Below are positions 37,658 through 49,545 of a DNA stretch of 64,000 nt, in pieces. The position numbers and the translations under genes are program-made. Positions within the stretch are counted from its first letter, which is position 1; each line of letters begins with the position of its first letter. Source of the DNA: Xylographa opegraphella (Eukaryota); NCBI GenBank assembly GCA_022813865.1, contig JALDZX010000075.1:1-64000 (forward strand). Direction: 5' to 3'. The notes under the pieces were generated by a model. That model searched no databases, had not been told where the DNA came from, and worked only from the letters and a program-made list of their open reading frames with translations.

Positions 37658-38764
37658 ATGTCCACCCAAGCCTCCGACACGGCTACCAGCTCCTCTCCCG
37701 CCCACAACCCCCTCTCCATCGCCATCCTCGACGACTACCTCTCCATCGCCCCACCCTTTTTCACGCACATCCTCAATCTCACCATCCACACCTACCCCTC
37801 GACGCTACACCCCTCCTCGCTCCCGGCCCTCATCTCCCGCCTCGCCCCCTACCCCATCATCTCCACGATGCGCGAACGCACGCCCTTCTCCAGCGCGCTG
37901 CTCTCCTCCCTCCCCAACCTACGCCTCCTCCTCACCACCGGCACCCGCAACGCCTCGTTCGATCTCCCGACCGCCTCCTCCCTCTCCATCACCATCGCCG
38001 GCACCACCGGCACCGGCCCATCGCGCCCGACCCCAGCCCTCGACCACGTCACGCCCCCGCCGCCACCCGGTTTCGACGCCACGACGCAGCAGACGTGGGC
38101 GCTGATCCTCGCGCTGGCGAACAACATACCGCGCGACAGCACGGCCTTTCACAGCGGGGCGTGGCAGACGGGCTTCAACACCGGCGTGGCAGGCAAAGTG
38201 CTCGGGGTGGTGGGACTGGGTCGCCTCGGCGCACGGGTGGCCAAGATCGGCACAGCGTTCGGCATGCACGTCGTCGCGTGGAGCGCGAGCCTGACGCAGG
38301 AGAGCGCGGACGCGCAGGCGCAGGCGGCCGGCTTGCCGGCGGGGACGTTCCGCGCCGTGAGCAAGGAGGAGCTGTTCCGCACGGCGGACGTCGTCACTCT
38401 GCACCTCGTGCTGGGAGAGCGGAGCCGTGGGGTGGTGGGCGAGGGAGAACTGCGGGCTATGAAGCGTAGTGCAGTGCTGGTGAATACGGCGCGAGCGGGG
38501 CTGGTGGATGAGGAGGCGCTGTTGGGGGTCATGCGCGAGGGGGCCATCAGCGGCGTGGGACTGGATGTGTGGTGGGAGGAGCCGGTGGGGGAGCGGAGCG
38601 TGTGGCGGACGGAGCGGTGGGGCGTGGACGGGAAGAGTGTGTTGGTGGGGACGCCGCATATGGGCTATGTGGAGGAGGGGGTCATGAAGCGCTGGTACGC
38701 GGAGCAGGCGGAGAATGTCGAGCGGTGGATCCGCGGGGAGGAGGTGCGGAATCGGATTGTGTGA
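37658..38764 (+). CDS. D-isomer-specific 2-hydroxyacid dehydrogenase, intronless
   Basis: Motifs IAILDDY, MRERTPF, GLGRLG (Rossmann), LVNTARAGLVDE, LDVWWEEP and TPHMGY. Confidence 0.92.
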   Translation: MSTQASDTATSSSPAHNPLSIAILDDYLSIAPPFFTHILNLTIHTYPSTLHPSSLPALISRLAPYPIISTMRERTPFSSALLSSLPNLRLLLTTGTRNASFDLPTASSLSITIAGTTGTGPSRPTPALDHVTPPPPPGFDATTQQTWALILALANNIPRDSTAFHSGAWQTGFNTGVAGKVLGVVGLGRLGARVAKIGTAFGMHVVAWSASLTQESADAQAQAAGLPAGTFRAVSKEELFRTADVVTLHLVLGERSRGVVGEGELRAMKRSAVLVNTARAGLVDEEALLGVMREGAISGVGLDVWWEEPVGERSVWRTERWGVDGKSVLVGTPHMGYVEEGVMKRWYAEQAENVERWIRGEEVRNRIV

Positions 38765-39851
38765 GTGGGAAGGCGTGGGGGAAAGAAGGTGCGAAAGGGG
38801 GAGATTAGTGTAGGGGAGTGTGCTACTATCTGTGTGCAAATGCTGGCTTTGAAGAAGAGTTCCTAATGATTGCACGGCTCTTGCTGCGTTATGATGGTTG
38901 GCACAGGAGGTGTATCGATTTACGTGGTCTCACCATCGTAGTTGAACGCCGACAACCGGCCATTCTGTAGCATATAGTCAAACAGGATGACAGGCTTCGA
39001 ACATAATACCATCTAGTCGCTGAGAAGGTGCCTGAGCAAAAGACCAAGTGACCAGGGAGAAAACAACAGGAAGTTCAAGATTTAAGGCTGCACAACGCAT
39101 GTACTCCTCACAGATGAAGCTACAAAACGACAGCATAAAGAAACAACACTGAATGGTCCAGCTCCGGAGTATCACGTTGTACAGAGGGGAAAGTGTTTGT
39201 AAGACATCCACATCCACAGTTTTCGGGCGTGCACATGGTGATTTTGAGTTGTGTCTCGGCGGAATTATCAATGAATTGACAAATTTAGGCAGTTTATTAT
39301 AAGCTACTTGACCAATTTGATAGCAACCTGACCTCGTAGACCGCCATGTCATAACGCGTTCGATCCACTCTGAGACTGTGCTGATGGCAAAGAGGCGTCG
39401 ATCAGAGCAACTTAGCATTGTAGATATTACGTACGATACTATCCAGATTATATCGTAGTATACGTTGAGGAAATGATATGTACAATGAATGACTTATGAG
39501 CATCGGAGTGGCTCAATGGATAAAGGGGCTGGTTCGGCCACAATGATTAGCATGCTCTAATCCATTATCGGCCTAGCTCATAACGTGATGCTTGTGGCTG
39601 TCGCTGAAAGCTTGCCTGGCACATTTCCACGACACACACCCGAGACACCCTCAAATCTGGCCAGTTGCAATTTGCGTCCTGATAAAGTACATTGCGATCA
39701 ATCCGGACTGCTACGAAATTGAATACTCGGTATTGCGTGAGGACACAGTTTCCTCAAACATCTGGCTCGAGCACCACGAAGGACACTACTCTTGTGCAAA
39801 CAGCTCGACTGACACATAGCCATCTACATCATTCTGGACTAGCGACGCAAC

Positions 39852-40765
39852 ATGACGCTCTATTACAGTCTTGTAGGTTGCATCACTTCTCAAAAGCAAC
39901 GAATAGCTGTGATAAACAGACAGTACATCCATTCTCCCAAAAACACTGGCTTTACCACTGCTTCCTAGTCATGCCATCCCTAATTTACGCGCCTGTTAGC
40001 TGTTCATGCTCAAAAACATGTGCGAAGTTGCTAATATCGGTTATATCTAGGTATTCCTCCTCCTCGTGACCGAGATGAGCATCTTCATGTTGCTTATTGT
40101 CCCTTTCCCACATACTTGGAGGCGCAAGCTATTCACCTTTATATCGGAAAGTCCTCTCATAGCCAAGCTTCAGTATGGCATGAAGGTAAGGCTGGTTTAT
40201 TTCACCGCCAGACCCAGGACTTACAACGGATAGATTACTTTTATATTCATCTTGATCCTGTTCATCGACAGCGTCAACAGAGTCTATCGTGTCCAGGTTG
40301 AACTCTCACAAGCCAATAAGCAGGGGCAGGGAGCGTAAGTCTTTGCTGTCATCAACGATTCAAAAGCTTATCCGTCGTAGCGTTGGTGTTCTTGGTGGCT
40401 CTGAACGTATGGAAGTACAAGCTCGCAAGTTCTACTCACAACGCAATATGTACTTGTGCGGATTCACGCTTTTCCTCTCGCTGATTCTCAATCGTACCTA
40501 TGTCATGATTTTGGACGTTCTCCGTCTTGAGGAAAAGGTCAAACGTTATGAGGGAGACCCAAAGGCGCAAGGCAAAGATTCCGAGAAACTGGCTCAGGCC
40601 GGCGGGGCTGGGGAGATTGGAAAGTTGAAGAACCAGCTTGCGCAGAAGGATCGAGACATCGAGACACTCAAGAAGCAGAGCGAGGGTCTCAGCAAGGAAT
40701 ACAACAATCTTGGTGACCAGTATGGCAAGATGAATGCCGACGGTGCTCCTAAAAAGGACAGGTGA
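39852..40765 (+). CDS. BAP29/BAP31 (Yet-family) ER membrane protein; introns 39873-40050, 40186-40233, 40335-40380
   Basis: The spliced product reads MTLYYSL|VFLLLVTEM...LFIDSVNRV...ARKFYSQRNMYLCGF, followed by a coiled coil and a C-terminal KKDR (KKXX ER-retrieval signal). Confidence 0.92.
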
Positions 40766-41886
40766 AGCGCTGCTCGACCACCCTACAGAATTGTTCCAAA
40801 TCTTAACAAGTCGATGGAAAAACACCAACTCTAACTCGTGGAACTGGTTGTCGAAAAGGTACAAGAAGGTGCCAATTGATCGAAAGAGAAAGCTACGATA
40901 TGAACCGGAATGAAAGGTTAAAAAGCACCATGTACATCGTCAATTCAAAAACTTTTATTGACCTAGCGCAAGTCTGCCCACAATGTACGACGTGCTGCAG
41001 CTAAACCTACCTTATGCAGTCTTAAACAACAAATGACATTATTGATGTTTTTGTATAAACACATCCTGTGCGCAGTAGTGCACGTCCCAATGACCCGACG
41101 CCATGACCAGCCAGTAGTATGCTCTGGTAGATATTAGGCATGCTATAAGCGTGGTCCGGCTTTCAGAATCCCGAATCCAAACGTTATAGCAGACGCGTTA
41201 CCATGGCGGTGGATCCGAACCTTCTTTGATAGTGTTCTGAGCTCCTCCGACTATTCGCCAACTTCCTATTAGCATTGTCCTACTGCTGTCATTGGTGCTT
41301 ACCATCACGCGTAGCTCTCCCGTCAGGCGCTTACAAGTGGTTCTATTCCAATCGACCCCTCAGCGTTGGGCAACGTTCAGCACCACGCCATGGAGAGAGT
41401 GGTCCATGTGGGTTCATCCAGTAGCCGTAGAAGACACGGCCAGGCGGACGGTGACCTTAGTTCGTGCGATTGCGCATTCCTGAGATCGGCATTATTGAAA
41501 CCTCAGCACGGGTCGCGGAGGGTCTCGGACTAAAGCCACTTGACACGGGTCTCGCGTGTGCCGCCAGGATGCACAAGCGGTGAAACGGCACAGCATCGAA
41601 TAGGAGCCCCTCGACGATTCATGCTTGGGCTACCCACAGAATCCAAACTTCCGTACTCTATTACTGAAGCTCTCAAGCCTTGCCGCGCTTCAAAAATAAA
41701 TGTGTTGCTGAAAAGTCTATGGGCTAAAGAGCTTTAAAGTGCTGCCCCGCACGCCAAAACAGGCTACATAAACATTGCGACTCCCTTGGGACTGGAGATC
41801 CAAGGTCGACCAGCAACCGCAAAACTCTCATCACTGCCGCTCCCTGCAGTGTCACCACAGCCATGGCGGCCGTGAGATCACCCTTG

Positions 41887-44218
41887 ATGCCTTCGCCCAA
41901 AAGCAATCTGATGTCGGCTTTCTCTCCCTATTCCGACTCTCCAACCTCACCAGCACCTTATAACAAGCGGTCCTCGACGTAAGTCCGGTAAAAGTGGAAG
42001 CAAGAATACAAGATTCTAAATCCTTTCTAGAGACTCCACTGGTCATCTTCAGCCTCAACCACAATATTCTCCTCTGGTCAGCAGCCCAAGTCATAGCAAT
42101 GTGGCGGATCATTCTCCTATCGCTCCTTCTTCGACTGGCACAGACACGACAGATATTGATGACACCACCATCGAGGACGAGGACGCTCATGTAGAAGCCA
42201 TACTACCAGATAAACAGAAATCTGATGCATCTCAAATGGAAGGTTCTCTTAAGGTTGTCACTACCTTTGTAATGCCACGTGTGCACGAGGAAAACAGCTG
42301 ACAAACTCGTAGCTAAAAACGAAGGATGCAGCAGGAAACGACTTCACGCCTAGCTCGGCAGAGGATGAGCCACCAAGCTCAGTCATACATGCTCCTAAGG
42401 GGTTCGAGATATTTGTAAGTTCGGTTCCTCGAGCTTATCTTAGATGTCTGGAAAGCTCACGTTGATCAGCATGCTCGAACATCTCCGACGATAAGGCGGT
42501 CCACCCCAACACCATCCCAGAGGTCAGATATAACTATCATATCACCAAGTCCCGACGAGGAGTATAGTGGAAAGGTATGACACATGATCGTAAGAATGAT
42601 AAACCATCTGACAGACTCAATCAGAAGTTGCAGAACAACAGTCCACTGTCGCCGCCGCCTATATCCACTGCGATTGCACCGCTCAGGGATTGGTCCGCAA
42701 CACCCCGAGCTCAAACCAGACAAGAAGCAGAGATCATGGAACAAGAAAGTCGTGCACGGATGAATTCACGGAGTTTGGAGGGTAAGCTTTTCTCACGATG
42801 GCAATTTCTCTGCAGAATTACTGAACTATATAGATATCCCCGAAAGCCAAGACGTAGAAAGTTCGGAAAATGATACTTATCGGGACTCATTGATGGATAA
42901 TACAATAGTTCAGTTTCAAGAGAGTGCCGATGAAGTCGCTGCGCTGAAGCTAGCACTCAGTGAATGTTGGACTTTGTGTAACACACTAGCGGGCTTAAGC
43001 TACATACATCGCGACCGAGTCTTCCGATATATTGGCAAGAATGACGGTAGAGAACAGGCGTGGAAGTCGTGCTGGAAGCTTTGTCAGAAGCTCTATGACA
43101 CCCGAGATGAGGATTTCGCGATTCAGGTGAGACCGACATTAGACTTATGCCGCGAATTTTGCCAGTCACTCTTTGAAGTACGACAGAGAGAGAACGATGT
43201 TGCGGACTCGGTCTTACGAGTCAGCTTCGAATTGAATAATCATCTCTTCAATACTCATGATCGGAATCTGCCTGAAGCTTTCCGAGAGCGCACACTCGAT
43301 TTTTATATAACTTTATGTCATCGCCTGATGAAGCAAAGAACACACATGGGGGAGGAGACTGACGCTTTGCTCCGAGCTTGCTGGTCACTAGCTGAAATGC
43401 TGTTCAGTCTTCGACAAAACAAACGAGACGGCAAGCCAGCAGATGAGGAACTTCTCGGATCTGCGGTTCAAGCTTGCTGGGAGCTCTGCGATCTCTTCCG
43501 CGAAGGTTGGACACAAATCAGGCCAGATCGAGGTACTCCGCGTGCGAGCCAGACTACCTTTACGCAAGCATTTCAACAGGCCAAACAAACGGAGCAAGCG
43601 GCTTCGATTTCAGAGATCGGAGAATCCGATATTGAAGACGACGAGTTTGGACGCCTCAACCCCGAGACACCGACTACCGTATTCGAGGATACCCAACAAA
43701 TGTCGCCCGATGAAGCTCATGTTCCCAATATCCTCGTCCTGGGTCCTGACACAAGCGATCGCTTTCCAGGTCCACAATGGTCTTCTTCGTCCAGTACGCT
43801 TTCCGGCTATTCACAATCATCAGAGAATACGACCTCTTCTACAAGCACCATCATGAACCCTTCCGAAGACCCTCGGCTGAGCTGCCTCAAACTTCTCATC
43901 GTCAAAGCCGCAATGAACATCGGGTTTAAGCGCGGCGATAAGCTCTCTCTCTTTGTCAAAAATGTTCCATCCAATTCATTCGGTACGGCAGCGTGGCAGA
44001 TGCATCTTCTTGAAAGCTACAAAAAATTGGTCGCCACCGACCCAGCTTTCCGCTCCGCTGGACCATCACGGCGGGTCAGCGCTGCAGAGGTGAGCAGAGC
44101 GGTACAGTGGATGGTCAGAAGTGGGCAGTATTCATGGTTGAAGGACCTATTCAGGTTCGTCGTTGGCTTCAATGCAGAGGAGGCAGAGATGAGGAAGAAT
44201 GTCATATTACAGTCCTAG
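41887..44218 (+). CDS. Uncharacterised fungal protein with S/P-rich N-terminus and helical-repeat C-terminal domain, about 5 exons
   Basis: MPSPKSNLMSAFSPYSDSPTSP... joins through four GT-AG introns to the 442-codon ORF with repeated CWxL motifs (ECWTLCNTL, SCWKLCQKL, ACWSLAEML, ACWELCDLF). One donor position is ambiguous. Confidence 0.75.
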
Positions 44219-45712
44219 GATTTCTCTATACGTCGTTGCAGAAGGTACATGGGAGGTTTGCTTAGCGTCCTTGTGTTTTGTCGACCTTTTTGATACCCTC
44301 TGAGAAGCAGATCTGGATGTTTTACTTGAGCGACGAAGACTTTCCCTTGAAGGTGTTAGGCCTCTTCTACTCGGCTACTCTTACACCTGTATTTTCAGAT
44401 ACTCTTCTGCCTCGCGGCTTCATATCTAATACGAATTTAGTCCTCATGTTGTATTTGCCATGTGAATCAATTTCGTAGCTCTTGTTGCCGCTGCGGCAGT
44501 GCCAACTATGGATGATTGAAGCTCTCCAGCCAAGCATTAGGGTCGTTTGTCCCGAACACTGCTTGAGGAGACCCACACTAGGTTTATCTTCAGGTGTAAC
44601 GGATGCATTGGAGAACTGCTATGTTGCACGAATAAGTGTTTTGTAGGGGAGATGATAATCTTGTTATTCTATTATATGTTTGCCTCTTGTGACTATAGAC
44701 AAGGAAGGGCTGGGTATCAATTGCAGTAGGGACTAAAGATTACATGCAGTCGTAGGTTTGACCTGAGCGGCTTCCTTGCTTATCGTCGGATTTACCACGT
44801 AATTACTTCTTCTCTCATGGCATTCTACGTCACGGTCATTCGATTTCGAATAGATTTTGGCCTGGCTGCTCAAGGCTCGGATCCGGGTATGCATTGTACG
44901 ATTTATTTCGTGATGATGAAAGAGTTCTTATGCGGTAAGAGTAGTACGTGGCAAAGTGAGAGCGGTGCCTCTAACCACGCTGTGCTGATGCCTTGCCACT
45001 GAGCGAATATGTGACTAATAGAAGTAACATATGAGATTAAGTGCCAGCGGTAGAGGTCACAAGAGAGCATCTCCTCTCCCAATCAGACTTGGGAAGCACG
45101 CCTAGTCGCGCTAATGGCTGAGGACCTCCAATGTTGCACTGCATGCGGAAATGTTCAGCCTAGAGACGACTCCTCGGTTCCTAACCCGAGTTCTCCTTGT
45201 GAAGAGACCTACGAGCAATTGAGCCAAGTGATCGAAATAGGCTTACAATTGGTGACAAGCTTGATATATCATTGTTATGATTATGCCAGCTTTTGTCGAA
45301 TTCGATTACTATGTCCGACACGCTCTAACGGCTTGGAAGCTCATGATCGCACCTCTGAAAGTCGCTCAAACAAAGCCCGAGACTCGGGCATTGGCATCTC
45401 AGCCACATGGATTTGAGGCATTTCAGCTGATGACCTGCTTATACAGACGGCAAGTCCAGATATTATGATTGGACTGGACAACCAGCACGTGCAGCTCGTG
45501 GTCTGCCTAGAGTACTTGGCAGGGAAGGAATACGAGAATGGAACCTTCCTATAGAGGATACTTGCTCGTGCTTTTTGTGCATACAAGCACAACTATGTCT
45601 TGTCTCTCATATTTATATCTCTCTCATGTTCTGTTCTTTCATCAGAGTATCCCTGTACTCCCAATAATCACTTACATTTGATCCGACCTGCTGCCTTGTT
45701 GCAAGACTCATC

Positions 45713-46874
45713 ATGATGACCAAAAGTTCTTTTCTGTTTCTGTACTTCGGTTCTTCTCTGATCTTGGGGGCAAAGAGCGAGCTCTACTCCTGTGGTAATG
45801 CTATGTATGATCCAAACAAGGTATACATGTCCATTGCAGATAGTCAAGGACCATCCATTACTTTCCACCTAGCTCTCAAAACCTTCCATTCTCATCATCT
45901 CAGGTATCCACAGAAAGATACCAATGTTTCGCTAACCACTAACGTAGTATACTTGCTTTTCGGGCGACTTCCTTTGCCCTATCATCGGCGGCCAGGAATA
46001 TTTTCCGTGCAACGGGGCCTGCTACAGTCCAGCCAGCTACTCGTTTGACCATCGTCACCATGAGGGCCCCTGCTCAGCTGACAAGCAGCAGATGTGTCAA
46101 TGGCCAACTCGGCCCTCCGGTGACTTCTAATACGTTCACGATTACGGTGTCATGGCCTCAAACAGTTGATGACATGAAGCCGCTTGAGGCTTCCGGTGGC
46201 GGCTTCATATTTGGCCCTGGCATCGACACTGCAGCGAGCTATTGCCCTACCTCGGTTGGTAGTGGCTGTCCGGTGGGCAACGAGACTGTGTTTACAGCAG
46301 GTGGCGGAGCAATGGTAAGTCGTGCAGTTGCTATCTTTCGAGCATACTATATCTCTAGAAAACCGCTTTCAATTCCTGCCCTGTTGTTCCAGATTTGCAA
46401 TGCCGGAAGCGGTCCATACTCTAGAATCCTATGTTGCATTCGTTGACTGGAAAAATCGTCCCTACTGTCATCTTATTGCGACTACATATTCATTGCCGTA
46501 CAACTAAACCCCCTAACTCATCCTAGGACGTCGAAGTCCCCGGCGGCCAGCAAGTCTACATTGCCCCCAACGGCGCTCTCAGCTTCACGCAAGCCCACTC
46601 CATCAGCTACCCGCCCGGCTCGCAGTTCGGTGGCTTCGGCGGCAAGGGTGGGGAGTTCGTGTATGCAGGCCCCAACGGCACTGCAGGCTGGATTGCGTGC
46701 CCGGTCAACGGCTCCAACTTTTCGCCGCCGCTGGACAACGTCTATCAGATTTACGCCAACGTTTCGTCGCATCCGATCCGGTATCCAAACAACGGGCCGT
46801 TTTTCGTGTGCTATAATGTGACGCTCCTGCTGGATGTGTTTACTGGTGGGTTTGGCGCATGGCAGTATACCTGA
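45713..46874 (+). CDS. Small secreted Cys-rich protein: N-terminal Eng1-type carbohydrate-binding-like module plus an 'IgE-binding protein'/PhiA-like domain; introns 45821-45947, 46043-46091, 46315-46526
   Basis: Signal peptide, then CGNAMYDPNK|YTC...LCP...CNGACYSPASYS|C, then ASYCP...CPVGNETVF...M|DVEVPGGQQVYIAPNGALSFTQAHS...WIACP...YQIYA...AWQYT*. Confidence 0.75.
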
Positions 46875-47494
46875 GGTCGGAGAGGTGAAGGGAGAGTATA
46901 ATTAGAGATGAACGCTGTTCAGTCTGAATACAGTTGTGCTCACACATAGTTCGTGGATGAGATGAAGGTAGCATATAGTGTCACAAATTCATACAGCGAT
47001 GAGCAGAGTCTTTCTTTACATGAGATGTAGCAGTGATCGAGTCTCCAAAATGTAGCTCCCTTTGCGAGGACACGTCAGCTGGTCTGGTTGCAACACCCAT
47101 AAGCTCACGGTACGGTGTACTTCTTAGCGAAGTGGTCATTACTCTCAGGAAACATCCCGGTTTGATGTACCTCTATCTACCTGGAATACTCATAGATCGC
47201 ATTCGCATCTCTTCAACAATTTGTGGAGGATTGTATACGGTATCTGTCTCTGAACAGAAACCTTGGATCAAAGCCTTGGCATATATGACCGCTAGCTAGA
47301 CACTAGGTCGTTATCGCTAATCTTAGTGTTGCGGCTTAAACCTAAGATTGGAGCTAGAAATTCAACTTCTCCGCTACCCAATTGAGGAATGAGGTCTGGG
47401 GACTTTAGGTTTGCCATGTCATAGAGCGAATAATCTCTGCAATCTTGTGCTGTCCTCCAACGTACCTACTCTACATCTTCCACTCATATCGAAG

Positions 47495-48370
47495 ATGTCT
47501 TCCATGCGTAATGCCGTTCAACGGCGGAACCACAAAGAGCGCGCCCAACCCCTCGAGCGCTCGAAATGGGGAGTCCTGGAGAAGCACAAGGCACGTCTGA
47601 TCCTTCACCACCCCTCCTTCCAACGTCTCCAGTCTAACAACTGCCTCCTCGTCTAGGATTACTCCCTCCGCGCAAAAGATTACAATGCAAAAAAAGCCCG
47701 CCTGAAAGCCCTGCGGCACAAAGCCGCCGAGCGCAATCCCGACGAGTTCCACTTCGCCATGATGAGTAGCAGTACGCACAACGGTGGGCAGCGGGTGGCT
47801 GATCGGGGCAACAAGGCGCTGAGTATGGACGTGGTGAAGCTGCTGAAGACGCAGGATGCGGCGTATTTGAGGACGGTGGCGCAGAAGACGAGGAGGGAGA
47901 GGGAGAGGTTGGAGCAGGAGTTTGTGCTGAGTGGGGAGGGGGAGGAAAGAAGCGTGAGGGCTCTGGGGAAGGAGGCGAAGGCCGGGCAGAAGGTGGTGTG
48001 GGTGGGGAGTAAGGAGGAGCAGAAGAATTGGGGGAAGGAGAAGGTTGATAATGAAACTGATGGGGTGGCTTCTGGGAGAGATGTGGGTGATGAAGAAGAT
48101 GTTGAGACTATTTCGCAATCGAAAGCAGCACCACGGAAAGCGTTGATCGAGGCCCAGAAGTCGGCACTACAGGAACGAAGAGCACTCCGCAAGCTGCACA
48201 AGCGAGTGCAGGAGGCGAGGAGGTCGAAGCTGGAAGCCTTGAAGGTACGAGAAAAGGACCTTATGACTGCGGAGCGTGAATTGGAAATGCAGCGTGCGAA
48301 GATGAGCTCGTCGGTTGGAGGCGTCACGAAGGCAGGGTTGAAGTGGAAGGTCCGGGAACGGAAGCGGTGA
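47495..48370 (+). CDS. UTP11: U3 snoRNP / SSU processome protein Utp11; intron 47591-47656 (GC-AG)
   Basis: [19 protein letters not shown]...[14 protein letters not shown]...[10 protein letters not shown]...LLKTQD...KWKVRERKR. Confidence 0.93.
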
Positions 48371-48654
48371 GAAAGAAGAGTTATGGATCAAATCTGTTGC
48401 ATGATACCCTTAGATCGACCTGGATTGAACTAACGCATTGGTCATGATCTAAATCCCGGATTCATGACCACTGAGATGGTTGTCGGACGCAGTGAACTGA
48501 CCGTATGGCGCATGTCTCCATGTCCCTGCAATAGAAGTTGATTCGTCTCCATGCAGATGTGCATCCACGAGGATAGCCCCATCACCACGCCGAGTAAAAT
48601 CACCAAGGAGTCTTCCATGTTGAAACCTCACCTCCCGGCACACGCCCCCCACCC

Positions 48655-49545
48655 TCACAAACCCCCAACCGTGAACCCCACCACAACACCCACCACCAAC
48701 AACGTCCCACTCCTCACCCCACCCCACCCCCCAGCCCCACTCGTCCACCCATCCGCCGTCCCATTCGCCAACGTCCCATTAATCACCAACGTCTCCACCC
48801 CATCCACCACCCCCGTCCTCACAAGCGACGAATTCAAATCCGCCCCGTCGCCCACGATGCTCTGCAGGAACGTGCTGTTCCCGTTATCGTCGCACCCGCA
48901 CGCGCAGTACTCCTGGCACAGACACTCCACGGGCAGGCTCTGGTTCTGATTCCCGGCCGAGGCGTTGACGAAGTAGTAGTGGTGGATGTAGGGGTAGACG
49001 TAGGCGCCGTAGGGCCAGTAGCCGGGGTAGAAGCCGAGGGAGGAGGAGGGGAGGTAGCGCGGGTCGATGCCGGCTGGGGAGCGCGAGCCGGCGGAGTAGG
49101 GGGTCGAGGAGCCGCCGCCGTAGTACTTGCCTCCGCCGTAGATGGGGGGCGAGGAGGAGGACGAGGAGGAGGGTTCGTCGTGGCCGGAGCCGGAGCCGGA
49201 GCCTGTCCCTTCACCGCCTTCGCCGCTTCCGCCTCCTTCGCCACCACCTTCTCCACCACCCTCGCCTCCGCCTTCCCCTGCACCACCTCCACCACCTCCT
49301 CCACCACCTTCTCCGCCTGGTCCGCCTCCTCCACCTTCTCCTCCCACTCCACCCCTCTTGGTCAAAGACGTGGCGAGCATAACCTCATCTCGACGACCCA
49401 CGAGCTCGGCGTCCCAGAAGCCATAAGACCCAGCTTCAGCATCCCTCCGCTCAAGCACCTCAGAACGAGAAGGCATAGACAGCGCAACAACACCACCAAG
49501 AGACGAGCCCACAAGCAAGCCCGCGAATACCGAAAGCGGCTTCAT
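48655..49545 (-). CDS. Secreted glycine-rich cell-surface protein with a Cys cluster and hydrophobic C-terminus (possible GPI anchor)
   Basis: Signal peptide MKPLSVFAGLL..., KR site, poly-Gly/Glu tract, YGGGKYYGGGSSTPYSAG, PVECLCQEYCACGCD, INGTLANGT and a hydrophobic tail. Confidence 0.75.
   Translation of the reverse strand: MKPLSVFAGLLVGSSLGGVVALSMPSRSEVLERRDAEAGSYGFWDAELVGRRDEVMLATSLTKRGGVGGEGGGGGPGGEGGGGGGGGGAGEGGGEGGGEGGGEGGGSGEGGEGTGSGSGSGHDEPSSSSSSSPPIYGGGKYYGGGSSTPYSAGSRSPAGIDPRYLPSSSLGFYPGYWPYGAYVYPYIHHYYFVNASAGNQNQSLPVECLCQEYCACGCDDNGNSTFLQSIVGDGADLNSSLVRTGVVDGVETLVINGTLANGTADGWTSGAGGWGGVRSGTLLVVGVVVGFTVGGL

Noticed and set aside
37658..38764. Recent horizontal transfer of the intronless, high-GC dehydrogenase
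   Set aside because: Native genes (TAF9, NOC2, UTP11) show the same island composition, so GC content is not evidence of transfer. Only a phylogeny could support it.
37849..38875. Long antisense or alternative-frame ORFs here and at 8868-9629, 23212-23925, 24274-25446, 47471-48327, 57521-58425 and 59394-60245
   Set aside because: They are shadows of real genes in GC-rich DNA where stop codons are depleted, and they have no motifs of their own.
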